64,000 nucleotides of DNA from Limnochordia bacterium. GTDB lineage: Bacteria; Bacillota; Limnochordia; DTU080. Under the pieces are notes generated by a model. That model saw nothing but the letters and a program-made list of their open reading frames with translations, was not told the origin of the DNA and made no database searches. The stretch's first letter is position 1, and every line of letters starts with the position of its first letter. Where the stretch lies: positions 160,001 to 224,000 of the forward strand of contig JBMNJG010000005.1 of NCBI GenBank assembly GCA_050951545.1, given 5' to 3'. Of this stretch, positions 30,316 to 38,606 are shown one piece after another. The translations under genes were made by a program, and so were the position numbers.

Positions 30316-31572
30316 TCAGGGGATTCCCAAGGCTGCCTTCAGGTCTGTTTCGGCATCCGCTATCGCCTGGTTGACCGTCACTGACTGGTTCACGGCCTTA
30401 CCCACCATCGAACCTAGGATACCGAACACCCGATCAGTGGGCACGGTTGGCAGCCTATCCCCGTAGGTGAGTTCCTCGGCAAACAGACGTCGTAGCGGTT
30501 CGCCGCGCAATATCTGCTGATAGGTCTTGTGGGCCATTGATGAGCGGCGTACGGGTAAATAACCGGAGATTGCAGACCACTTGGCGTTGGCTTCTGTGTT
30601 GGTCATCCAGTCGACGAAACGCCAAGCGGCCGCCTCGCGCTGGGGATTCGTCTTGACTATGACCACAGACTCCCCACCGGCAGACGAATAGCGCGCTTTT
30701 CTCTGCGGTTGGGCCACTGCCCCGAGGTTGGTCGTACCGAGAGTCGCATACTGCGGCAGACGATAGCTTCCCTGTACCTCAAAGCCCAACAGACCATTGG
30801 CAAACCCCGTCTGCCATCCCCCTGTGGGCATCGGTGCTATCTGATAGGTGTGGAGAATATCTACCATAAACTGCAGTGCTTCTACCGCTTCAGGCTTGTT
30901 GATGGTGACTTGCTTGCCATCTGCAGAGAGCACCCGTCCGCCAGCGGCGCCGAGGAAATCAATGAAGTGCCGCCAGTCGTTGACAGTGCTAAAGGCGTAG
31001 CGATCAGGAGGGCTAGCGATTTTCTTGCACTGACGAATGAAGTCATCCCATGTCCAGTTCTCTGGTGGATCAGCAACCCCGTACTGATTCAGAATATCCC
31101 TGTTATAGAACATGAGCATGTTATTCGTGTCAAAGGGCAGGCAATACGCGGAGCCTTCATGCTTGCTGGTCTCCCACAGTGCGGGGAAGAAATCTCGGCT
31201 ATAGGCTTCCAGTTTGCCCTCCCTTTTCATGATCTCCTGGAGATTAACGAGGACTCCCTGGTGGGCATAGGCGGCGACAGATATCCAGTTCATCCAGACC
31301 ACGTCAGGCGGGACACCCGCCGCTATCGTTACGGGAAGCTTCTGCGACCAACCACTCTCTAGCACAGTCTCCACCTGTATGTCAGCATGCTCTTGGTTAA
31401 ACTCTTCTGCCAGGCCCTTGACGTTCTCGAAGTTTGGCCCTGCCACATAGAACCAGAAGGTCAGAGGGACAGGCGAAGAGCATGCGGTAACTACAAGACC
31501 TAGCATCGTACAGACCGCTACAACCAACGCCAAGCTGGCTTTCTTTTCTCCTACCTCGTAGGGCTGCATCAC
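30316..31572 (-). CDS. Carbohydrate ABC transporter substrate-binding lipoprotein
   Basis: Lipobox-like VTAC; AAGVPPDV, FYNRDIL, PPENWTWDDF and SGYLPVRRS motifs. Confidence 0.9.
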   Translation of the reverse strand: MMQPYEVGEKKASLALVVAVCTMLGLVVTACSSPVPLTFWFYVAGPNFENVKGLAEEFNQEHADIQVETVLESGWSQKLPVTIAAGVPPDVVWMNWISVAAYAHQGVLVNLQEIMKREGKLEAYSRDFFPALWETSKHEGSAYCLPFDTNNMLMFYNRDILNQYGVADPPENWTWDDFIRQCKKIASPPDRYAFSTVNDWRHFIDFLGAAGGRVLSADGKQVTINKPEAVEALQFMVDILHTYQIAPMPTGGWQTGFANGLLGFEVQGSYRLPQYATLGTTNLGAVAQPQRKARYSSAGGESVVIVKTNPQREAAAWRFVDWMTNTEANAKWSAISGYLPVRRSSMAHKTYQQILRGEPLRRLFAEELTYGDRLPTVPTDRVFGILGSMVGKAVNQSVTVNQAIADAETDLKAALGIP

Positions 31573-31637
31573 ATTTCCACCCTCTCTTTTGTAGTGGCTC
31601 CTGGTCTGGCCCTGATCTAGCCTCGTTCAATCGTCTG

Positions 31638-32432
31638 TCAGCCGATGTCCACCCCCCCATCCATATTCACCTGAGGCTGCTTCCCCCACGCTCCGTGGTA
31701 GCGCCACAGATGCCGCAACAGAATTCCCTGCGCATCAGCCAGATCGCTGGCAGCCAGAGCGTCTCGCATCTGAAGGTGTTCCTGAGCGAACAGTCGTCTT
31801 TGCGCAGGTGTCGTGACTATCCGGTTACGCGGATGCGAGAAGAAATCCTCAATGACCTTGGCCAGCTCCAGAATGATGGTGTTCCCCGCCAGTACGAGGA
31901 GCGTCCGGTGATACTCCATGTCTAGCTTCATGAACAGCGGAGGGGCGAAGATCGCCTTCTCCATCTCCGCCAAGATCTCGTCGAGCTGTGTCAAGCCTTG
32001 TGGCGTAAGGCGAGCACAGACCAGAGGTAGAGCACCTGCCTCAAGTACCAGTCGCGCCTCCCACAGATCCGTCTGAGGTTCGCAGACAAAGCGCAAGCCA
32101 TAGGCCAAGTGCTCCATCAGATCGCTGATCGCTGGCGCCTGTATCACCACGCCGTGTCGCTGCCGAATTTGGACAACCCCCAGCGACTGCAGAAAGCGAA
32201 GCGCCTCACGCACCGATGAACGACTCGCCCGAAACAACTCCGCCAATTCGTGTTCGGTCGGGAGCTTGTCGCCGGGCTGCAACTCCTGTTCCACAATCAG
32301 GATCTTCAATCTATCGGCGATCTGCTGGTACAGTGGGCGCCTGGACATCGGGTCAAGGCGATACAGGCCACGCTGCCTGTCGTCGTCCGGAACATGACCT
32401 GCACCTGAACCAGTTGCGTCTGTGGTTGGCAT
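31638..32432 (-). CDS. GntR/FadR-family transcriptional regulator
   Basis: PGDKLPTEHELAELFRASRSSVREAL HTH followed by an FCD domain (D..YH, EH). Confidence 0.92.
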   Translation of the reverse strand: MPTTDATGSGAGHVPDDDRQRGLYRLDPMSRRPLYQQIADRLKILIVEQELQPGDKLPTEHELAELFRASRSSVREALRFLQSLGVVQIRQRHGVVIQAPAISDLMEHLAYGLRFVCEPQTDLWEARLVLEAGALPLVCARLTPQGLTQLDEILAEMEKAIFAPPLFMKLDMEYHRTLLVLAGNTIILELAKVIEDFFSHPRNRIVTTPAQRRLFAQEHLQMRDALAASDLADAQGILLRHLWRYHGAWGKQPQVNMDGGVDIG

Positions 32433-32448
32433 GCGACAAAACCCCTTA

Positions 32449-32501
32449 TTGTCCTACAAATGACTAGTTCCAATATACCTGACATCCGGAGATGATGTCA
32501 A
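32449..32501 (-). promoter_or_regulatory. Sigma-A promoter with candidate FadR-type operators
   Basis: TTGACA-N18-TATATT on the minus strand; palindromes TGACATC-N7-GATGTCA (32480-32500) and TTGTCCTACAA (32449-32459). Confidence 0.6.
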
Positions 32502-32663
32502 CATCATTACAGACTTTTCGACCCATTGGCTGGCTCGCCAGATTGGAGCAATGCCGATCACCTTTTTCCGCTTCCTATCCCGAAACGTCGCCTTCGTGTT
32601 GCAGGATAAGACACCCGGCATACCGTATTAGTGCATCACTTCACTGCGAATGGGGACAGATCC

Positions 32664-33305
32664 ATGGGTGACCACATCGAGTATGTGCGCAATTACCAGG
32701 ACAGAAGCACCAATGAGGGGTTCCAGTTTGAGTTCTTCTGCGATCGGTGCAGTTCAGGTCTCCGTACCGAGTTTAAGCCATACGCGGCTGGCAAGATCGC
32801 CAGTGTCCTGGATGCAGCAAGTGGTATCTTCGGCGGACTTGGATCCATCGCCCACATCGGTGGTCGCGTCCGCGACGCGGCTTGGGAAAAGGCTCATGAC
32901 ACCGCCTTCAAGAATGCTGTGCAGGAACTGAAGCCGAAGTTCGTACAGTGCCCGCGTTGCTCCACATGGGTATGTCGCAAAAGCTGCTGGAATGAAAAGC
33001 GCGGACTGTGCAAAAGCTGCGCCCCTGACTTGGGTGTGGAGATGTCAGCCGCACAAGCTAGCCGGTCTGTAGAGGAAGTATGGGCGCACGCGGCCATGGC
33101 CGAAGAAGACAAAAAACTCGCCAAGGAAAACTGGCGAGAGACCATCCGCGCCTCATGCCCCAACTGTGAGGCCCCCCTGGCGACAAATGCCAAGTTTTGT
33201 CCAGAATGCGGTGCACAACTGAAAGCAAAAGGCAAGTGTAAGTGTGGCCACAGCCTAGCGCCCGGGACGAAGTTTTGCCCGGAATGCGGTGCCAAACAGG
33301 AGTAG
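32664..33305 (+). CDS. Multi-zinc-ribbon protein (double zinc ribbon C-terminus)
   Basis: FEFFCDRC, QCPRC..WVC..C...GLCKSC and two KFCPECGA repeats. Confidence 0.85.
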   Translation: MGDHIEYVRNYQDRSTNEGFQFEFFCDRCSSGLRTEFKPYAAGKIASVLDAASGIFGGLGSIAHIGGRVRDAAWEKAHDTAFKNAVQELKPKFVQCPRCSTWVCRKSCWNEKRGLCKSCAPDLGVEMSAAQASRSVEEVWAHAAMAEEDKKLAKENWRETIRASCPNCEAPLATNAKFCPECGAQLKAKGKCKCGHSLAPGTKFCPECGAKQE

Positions 33306-33380
33306 GTCATGCCTACTGGCCCCCCAGGGCTGTCATCTAAGGACATGGGGGGCCTTATCCATTAGGGTGAGGTGTGTCTT

Positions 33381-33713
33381 CTACTTGAGTGCAAGCAGAA
33401 GCATGCTTCCGCACATCCCTGCTACGCCTGCCCACTGCAGACCACTCAAGGGCGAGCGGAAGACCCACGAGATCATCACCTGAGCGATAAGAAACGCCCC
33501 GCCTATGGCCACACCATAGGCCACATTCACATTCATCAGTCCGTAAAGCTTCATGAGAAAGAAAATGCTAGGGACTGCGATGGCGTTGCCCACCAGCAAC
33601 GCCTTCAGACCGTGCTCGGGGTAGCGTCCGCCGTAGGTAAAAAGCAGAACCGCCACCACCTGCATTGCCCAGAAAACGAGAAAGTAGAAGACCATGGAAG
33701 GCGTTATCTTCAT
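33381..33713 (-). CDS. Small 4-TM membrane protein (SMR/DMT-like)
   Basis: About 110 aa from MKITPSMVFY with four hydrophobic helices; NVAYG and QWAGV motifs. Confidence 0.65.
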   Translation of the reverse strand: MKITPSMVFYFLVFWAMQVVAVLLFTYGGRYPEHGLKALLVGNAIAVPSIFFLMKLYGLMNVNVAYGVAIGGAFLIAQVMISWVFRSPLSGLQWAGVAGMCGSMLLLALK

Positions 33714-33738
33714 GCACCTGCTCCCAAACGAATGCTCG

Positions 33739-34533
33739 CTAAGATTGTCTTGCGGCAAAGGTGAAGCCCAGTTGACTATAGACATCGACAACCTCACGAA
33801 AACCGCGATAGAGCAGGCCGAAATCTCCTGGCGCGGTGAGAAACTTGACACCCATTTGCATGAGCATCTTGGTGTAGTCCACATCGAGCCCCGGCGTACC
33901 GCAGTAGATGCCGTGTTTTTCACAGGCGGCTACGCTGCGTTCGATAGCCTCAATGATCTTCGGATGCTTTAGTTGACCGGGCACGCCGTAGCTCTGCGAC
34001 AGATCTGCGGGACCGATAAAGATCACATCGATACCCTCAACTGCAGCGATTTCCTCGACACAGTCAACAGCCTCTGCATCTTCGACTTGCACCACAATGA
34101 AAGTATGGTCATTCGCGAATCGGATGTAATCGGGTATAGAGACGAAGCCCATATCTGCGTCAGGGTTTGCTCCGTCAATGCCCCGCTTGCCCAGCGGGTA
34201 GAAACGAGTGTCATAGACAATCTGGGCTACCTCTTCCGGAGTACGCAGACGCGGTATCATCAAGCCTTTTGCCCCGAACTCCAAGGGCCGAATAAGATCG
34301 TCGTGATTGCCCCTAACCACTCTGACCATGACATCCATGCCTGTCAGCCGACCGGCCCGCACGATGTGCTCTAATAGGCTCATGTCGGTAGCCACATGCT
34401 CCGTACAGACCCATAGGCAGTCAAAGCCAAACTGACCGATCAGTTCAGCAAGACTGGCGTTGGGGAAGTGAATGGCTGTGCACAGAATCGGTTCCTGGCG
34501 GCGCATCTTCTCCCTGACTCGGCTCTTCTGCAT
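33739..34533 (-). CDS. HpcH/HpaI aldolase family protein
   Basis: GFDCLWVCTEH, RFYPLGKRG, QVEDAEAV and FIGPADLS motifs. Confidence 0.9.
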   Translation of the reverse strand: MQKSRVREKMRRQEPILCTAIHFPNASLAELIGQFGFDCLWVCTEHVATDMSLLEHIVRAGRLTGMDVMVRVVRGNHDDLIRPLEFGAKGLMIPRLRTPEEVAQIVYDTRFYPLGKRGIDGANPDADMGFVSIPDYIRFANDHTFIVVQVEDAEAVDCVEEIAAVEGIDVIFIGPADLSQSYGVPGQLKHPKIIEAIERSVAACEKHGIYCGTPGLDVDYTKMLMQMGVKFLTAPGDFGLLYRGFREVVDVYSQLGFTFAARQS

Positions 34534-34595
34534 CGAACCTCTCCTCTATCACCTATGAGCCAACGCCCTGGTCATCGCTCGGTGTGACACTACGC

Positions 34596-35483
34596 CTATC
34601 GAATCACCTTAGCGATGGGTATCTCGATGATATCCTCAGCCCCAGCAGCCTTTAGGTTCGGGATAAGCGTGTTAATGCCAGCCTTCTCGACAACCGATTC
34701 CACTGCATAGTAGATCTGTTTGCCACCTGAGAGTTGGGATATGGTTGGCTGCTTCATTGACGGCAGAATGGCCAAAACTGCCTCAAGCGCCGCCTGTGAT
34801 ACGTTCATCTTCATCAAGACCTTACCTCTAGCCTCGAGTACGCCCTGAACCAGAGTAACAAGGTCGTTGATGTGACGCCGCTTCTCGGGATTACCCCAAC
34901 TCTCCTTGTTGGCCATCAAGACCGTGCTAGACTCCATCACCGTGTCGATGATCTTCAAGTGATTGGCCCTCAGACTGGAGCCACTCTCAGTCAGTTCCAC
35001 AGCGACATCCGCGATCTCGGGCACTTTGGCCTCGGTCGTCCCAAACGAGAAATCGATCTTCACAGGTATACCGATCTTCTCAAAATATCTGGTGGCGATG
35101 GCTACATACTCTGTGGTGACTTTGCTGCCGGGCTTGATATCCGAAGGTTTCTCAATGCCGGATGTCTCGGACACCGCCACGACCAGTCTGACCGGACGAT
35201 GGCTTTGCTTGCTGTAGTTCAGATTCATGATAACCTCAACGTCGTTCTCACAACCACGCTCTAACACCCAGTCATATCCACCGATGCCGATATCAAAAAG
35301 CCCCTCGCCCACATACACCGGTATCTCCTGAGGCCTCATCCACCTCACGCGGGAGATCCTGTAGTCGTCAATCGTCGCTTCATAGCAGCGCGCATCGGGC
35401 GTCGAGATACTCAGGTCGGCAGCCTCAAACATCTCAATAGTACCTTTTTGCAGGCTCCCAGAAGGTAACGCTAGCTTAAGCAA
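34596..35483 (-). CDS. hisG: ATP phosphoribosyltransferase, long form
   Basis: LKLALPSGSLQ, RPQEIP, SFGTTEAK and ELTESGSSLRANHL motifs plus the C-terminal regulatory domain (PTISQL, LKAAGAEDI). Confidence 0.93.
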   Translation of the reverse strand: MLKLALPSGSLQKGTIEMFEAADLSISTPDARCYEATIDDYRISRVRWMRPQEIPVYVGEGLFDIGIGGYDWVLERGCENDVEVIMNLNYSKQSHRPVRLVVAVSETSGIEKPSDIKPGSKVTTEYVAIATRYFEKIGIPVKIDFSFGTTEAKVPEIADVAVELTESGSSLRANHLKIIDTVMESSTVLMANKESWGNPEKRRHINDLVTLVQGVLEARGKVLMKMNVSQAALEAVLAILPSMKQPTISQLSGGKQIYYAVESVVEKAGINTLIPNLKAAGAEDIIEIPIAKVIR

Positions 35484-35590
35484 GATAGCTCCTCCCCGCG
35501 AATCGTCCCAGGCTTTCTCCAGTTCGAGAGACACGCTGCACATCTAGAAGAGCTCACAGGTGTCCTACTAGAGCAGACCTGAACGCTTCT

Positions 35591-35619
35591 AGTGTAGCTA
35601 CTTGCAGACCGTAGGGCAA
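35591..35619 (-). promoter_or_regulatory. Sigma-A promoter upstream of hisG
   Basis: TTGCCC-N17-TACACT. Confidence 0.5.
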
Positions 35620-35764
35620 GAGCTACCTCAGATGGGGCCGCCGGACAGCGACAATGTCACCCCTAGGGGAGCGTCGAAACCTCAGTTGCGGTGAAGGGAG
35701 TCATCAACAGGCAACACTTTCGGCATCGTTCCCTCCATCCGAACATCAGTGTGTGGCCTTCGCC

Positions 35765-37336
35765 TTACGTATCGACCAGTATCACTGGTACCTGCGCCGC
35801 GGTCAGCACCTGACGCGTCACACCACTTAAATCGTTCTCCTTTTTGCCTCTGCCCATGACAATCAGGTCAGCGCCCACCACCCCAGCCATCTGCACTATT
35901 TTCTCTGCAGGGTCACCATCCTTGACGCTCACAGTATGCTCTAAGTCCTGCATGCTAGCATGTCTGCTCATCGCCTCGTGGACAAGCTGAGGATGATCAC
36001 TGATGTGGACCACGTGCAGCGTGGCATCTAGCTGACGAGCGATCGCGATACTTTCGTCCAGCACACGGGACGCGCTAGGGGAGTTGCTCAGGGCAACCAG
36101 AAGGCAATACTGCCTACGCACACTGACAGTAGTGGGGTCAACATGCCCGCGGGTCAGCATCCGGGGGGCTGCATAGGAAGTGGCCGCCGCACCCAACGGC
36201 GCCGTCACCAAGATCGACAGTACAGCGACGGCCAATGTCGCTTCCCCGTTTGGCAATCCTAAGGCCATCGGGACAGCACCGATTGCCGCCTGAACCGTAG
36301 CCTTCGGTGTGTAGGCGATGGCCATAAACAGACGCTCGTTCCTGCTAAGCGCAGCGCCAACGGTGGACAACCAGATCCCTGCCCACCGGCCCATGAACAG
36401 CCCCCACAAAAGGATGAGAATCCCCACCGAACCAGCCCGTGACACGTCCGTGACGTTCACTGCGGCTCCTACCAACACAAAGAGCAAGAGCTCTGCGATA
36501 ACCCACGCCCTATCCAGTTCCGCTCGCACGCGGCGGGCCATCACTCGGTTGCCCTCAAGAAGCAGAAAGCCCAACACCATCGTCGCTAGATATCCAGAGA
36601 ACCCAAAACGGTCACCTCCAACCACCAGGCAGGCGGCTGCTCCTCCCACCACAAGAGCCATCCGAGTAGGCTCCTCACATCGTGTCCTCTGTGTTGCTAA
36701 CAGGCACACTCTACTCGCTACGTAGCCAGCGACGGCGCCGCCGAGGACCTGCACAGGTAGCCTCAATGCCTGGACCCCCAAAGTGCCCCCCATCACTGAC
36801 GCGCCTGTACGTCCCAAATCCAGCACAATGCCAAAAAGAGTGATGGCCACCACATCACTCAGTGCCCCACCAGCTAGCATGAGGTCAGGCACACCATGGT
36901 CGGCACCCCACCCCTCCTGCTTGAGGCGTAGCATGCCGGGCACGATGACCGCAGGAGACTCTGCACACACAATCCATCCGAGAAGCCAGGCGCTGTACCA
37001 ATCCCACCGGAGAACCATGCGAGCCGCCACTGCTACCGCAGTGGCCTCCAGTGTAGCTGGTAGCACTCCGAGCCGCAAAGCAACCGAGCCTTGGGACTTA
37101 AGCTGCTGACGATCCAGACCCAGACCCGCCTTTAGCAGAATGACGATAAGCGCACCCACACGAATCGTGTCGCTGAGATCAAGAACATGGGGAGACAGCA
37201 GGCCGAGTCCATGAGGCCCAACCAGCACGCCAGCGAGCAGCATCCCCACCAAACGAGGCAGACCCGCCCGCCTGGCTAGCGCTCCTGCGACTAGGCCACT
37301 ACCTGCAACCACCACCACGTCCCATATCAATTCCAT
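35765..37336 (-). CDS. Cation:proton antiporter (NhaP/NHA-like) fused to a C-terminal universal stress protein domain
   Basis: ILLKAGLGLD, SPAVIVPGM and YTPKATVQAAIG motifs; C-terminal USP (LLVAL, GDPAEKI, DLIVMG, PVILV). Confidence 0.88.
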   Translation of the reverse strand: MELIWDVVVVAGSGLVAGALARRAGLPRLVGMLLAGVLVGPHGLGLLSPHVLDLSDTIRVGALIVILLKAGLGLDRQQLKSQGSVALRLGVLPATLEATAVAVAARMVLRWDWYSAWLLGWIVCAESPAVIVPGMLRLKQEGWGADHGVPDLMLAGGALSDVVAITLFGIVLDLGRTGASVMGGTLGVQALRLPVQVLGGAVAGYVASRVCLLATQRTRCEEPTRMALVVGGAAACLVVGGDRFGFSGYLATMVLGFLLLEGNRVMARRVRAELDRAWVIAELLLFVLVGAAVNVTDVSRAGSVGILILLWGLFMGRWAGIWLSTVGAALSRNERLFMAIAYTPKATVQAAIGAVPMALGLPNGEATLAVAVLSILVTAPLGAAATSYAAPRMLTRGHVDPTTVSVRRQYCLLVALSNSPSASRVLDESIAIARQLDATLHVVHISDHPQLVHEAMSRHASMQDLEHTVSVKDGDPAEKIVQMAGVVGADLIVMGRGKKENDLSGVTRQVLTAAQVPVILVDT

Positions 37337-37378
37337 GTGTGGACGAGCCCCCTTGCTTAGCGATTTCGAAACAGAAAA

Positions 37379-37408
37379 GCCCCTACCTCTGATACAGAAG
37401 TAGGAGCC
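37379..37408 (-). terminator. Riboswitch-linked intrinsic terminator
   Basis: Minus strand GCTCCTACTTCTG-TAT-CAGAGGTAGGGGC followed by TTTTCTGTTT; overlaps the 3' end of the aptamer. Confidence 0.7.
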
Positions 37409-37460
37409 ATTAGCCTAGGCGGTCTGCTGGGAATAGCCCCAGCCAGCAAGCCCCATTGCT
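37400..37460 (-). ncRNA. Fluoride (crcB) riboswitch
   Basis: Minus strand AGCAATGGGGCTTGCT (P1 with pseudoknot loop) ... ACCGCCTAGGCTAATGGCTCCTAC fits the crcB architecture; it precedes an antiporter/USP gene, a known association. Confidence 0.85.
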
Positions 37461-37542
37461 GCGAGTTGATCATATCACGTCCCCCGGGGCGAGGCCAGCC
37501 TCTTCGCCTCATCCTCCAGCAACTTCTTTTGGGGGGAGCGTG

Positions 37543-37684
37543 TGTCGGCGGCCAACCACGCGCGGAGGTCGAGGCAGCTGCGGCAGGTGTTCGCCGCAGC
37601 GTACACCATCGGTAGGGGGCTTTCGTCACAAAAGGCGAACACGGAGAGCAGCCGCCGACATGCCCGCACAGCGCGACACGATTT
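37543..37684. repeat. Structured repeat, copy A (hairpin with about 98-nt insert plus conserved tail)
   Basis: Stem TGTCGGCGGC/GCCGCCGACA; 37649-37684 matches 38552-38587 at 32/36. Confidence 0.75.
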
Positions 37685-37784
37685 TCTGAAGGACGCGTGT
37701 GGAGGGATCATACTACGCCCGGCGTAGTAATATGTGTTCAGCCCTATGGTTGGGCATCATTCCTCTGATGGGAGGTGGCCCCAC

Positions 37785-38528
37785 ATGCTAAAGATCAACG
37801 GCGTCAGCAAAAGCTACGACCGAGGTGCCACATGGGCAGTGAAAGACCTGACACTTCATGTACCAAGCGGTGAGATCTTTGGGTTTCTCGGACCCAATGG
37901 CGCAGGCAAGACCACCACGTTGCGGATGGTCGTCGGCCTTCTTCCTATCGATCAGGGAGAGATCCAGGTTGACGGCTTCGACGTATCCCGAGATCCATTG
38001 CAGGCGAAGCGCCGCATCGGTTTTCTGCCAGACAACCCCGATGTCTACGATCGACTCAGCGGCTTGGAGTATATCCGCTTCATCGCTGATATCTACGAAG
38101 TGCCCGAGCAGGAACGCATTCAGCGCACCGAGCGCCTGCTGCGGATGTTCGAGATGACCGAGGCAGCGCCAGACCTTATCAAGAGCTACAGCCACGGCAT
38201 GCGACAGAAGATCGCTTTGACCGCTGCCTTGGTGCACCAGCCGCCGCTTCTGATCCTCGATGAACCGATGGTGGGCCTGGACCCCCGTTCGGCTGCTCTG
38301 TTCAGACGGACGATGCGGGAGCACTGCGACGAAGGCGGAACAGTGCTTTTTTCTACACACGTCTTGGAAGTAGCCGAGCGAGTATGCGACAGAGTGGGCA
38401 TCATCAACAAGGGGTCTCTGATAGCCCAAGGCAGCATGGCTGATCTGAAGAAGGGTCAGGACGCCAACGCTACCCTTGAAGCTCTTTTCTTTCAGCTCAC
38501 TGAGGCGAACCTCACCGAGATCACCTGA
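37785..38528 (+). CDS. ABC-2 type exporter ATP-binding protein
   Basis: GPNGAGKTT, YSHGMRQK, ILDEPMVGLDP and STH motifs. Confidence 0.93.
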   Translation: MLKINGVSKSYDRGATWAVKDLTLHVPSGEIFGFLGPNGAGKTTTLRMVVGLLPIDQGEIQVDGFDVSRDPLQAKRRIGFLPDNPDVYDRLSGLEYIRFIADIYEVPEQERIQRTERLLRMFEMTEAAPDLIKSYSHGMRQKIALTAALVHQPPLLILDEPMVGLDPRSAALFRRTMREHCDEGGTVLFSTHVLEVAERVCDRVGIINKGSLIAQGSMADLKKGQDANATLEALFFQLTEANLTEIT

Positions 38529-38539
38529 CGAATCACGCG

Positions 38540-38587
38540 TGTCTGCGGCTTCAGCCGCAGACATGCCCGCACAGCGTACCACGATTT
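38540..38587. repeat. Structured repeat, copy B
   Basis: TGTCTGCGGCT-TC-AGCCGCAGACA hairpin with the same tail as copy A. Confidence 0.75.
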
Positions 38588-38606
38588 GCTAGGAGGGCTG
38601 AGTGAG

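Noticed and set aside
35484-35590. ZTP or PRPP riboswitch in the hisG leader
   Set aside because: Only a GCCTGGG fragment and a generic hairpin are present; the conserved 5' elements are absent.
35690-35750. Second fluoride riboswitch (GATGGAG...TGATGACTCC on the minus strand)
   Set aside because: No convincing P1 stem or terminator, and it lies upstream of the hisG promoter.
37357-37727. Short ORFs between the antiporter and the ABC ATPase
   Set aside because: They overlap the riboswitch and the palindromic repeat and show no protein motifs.
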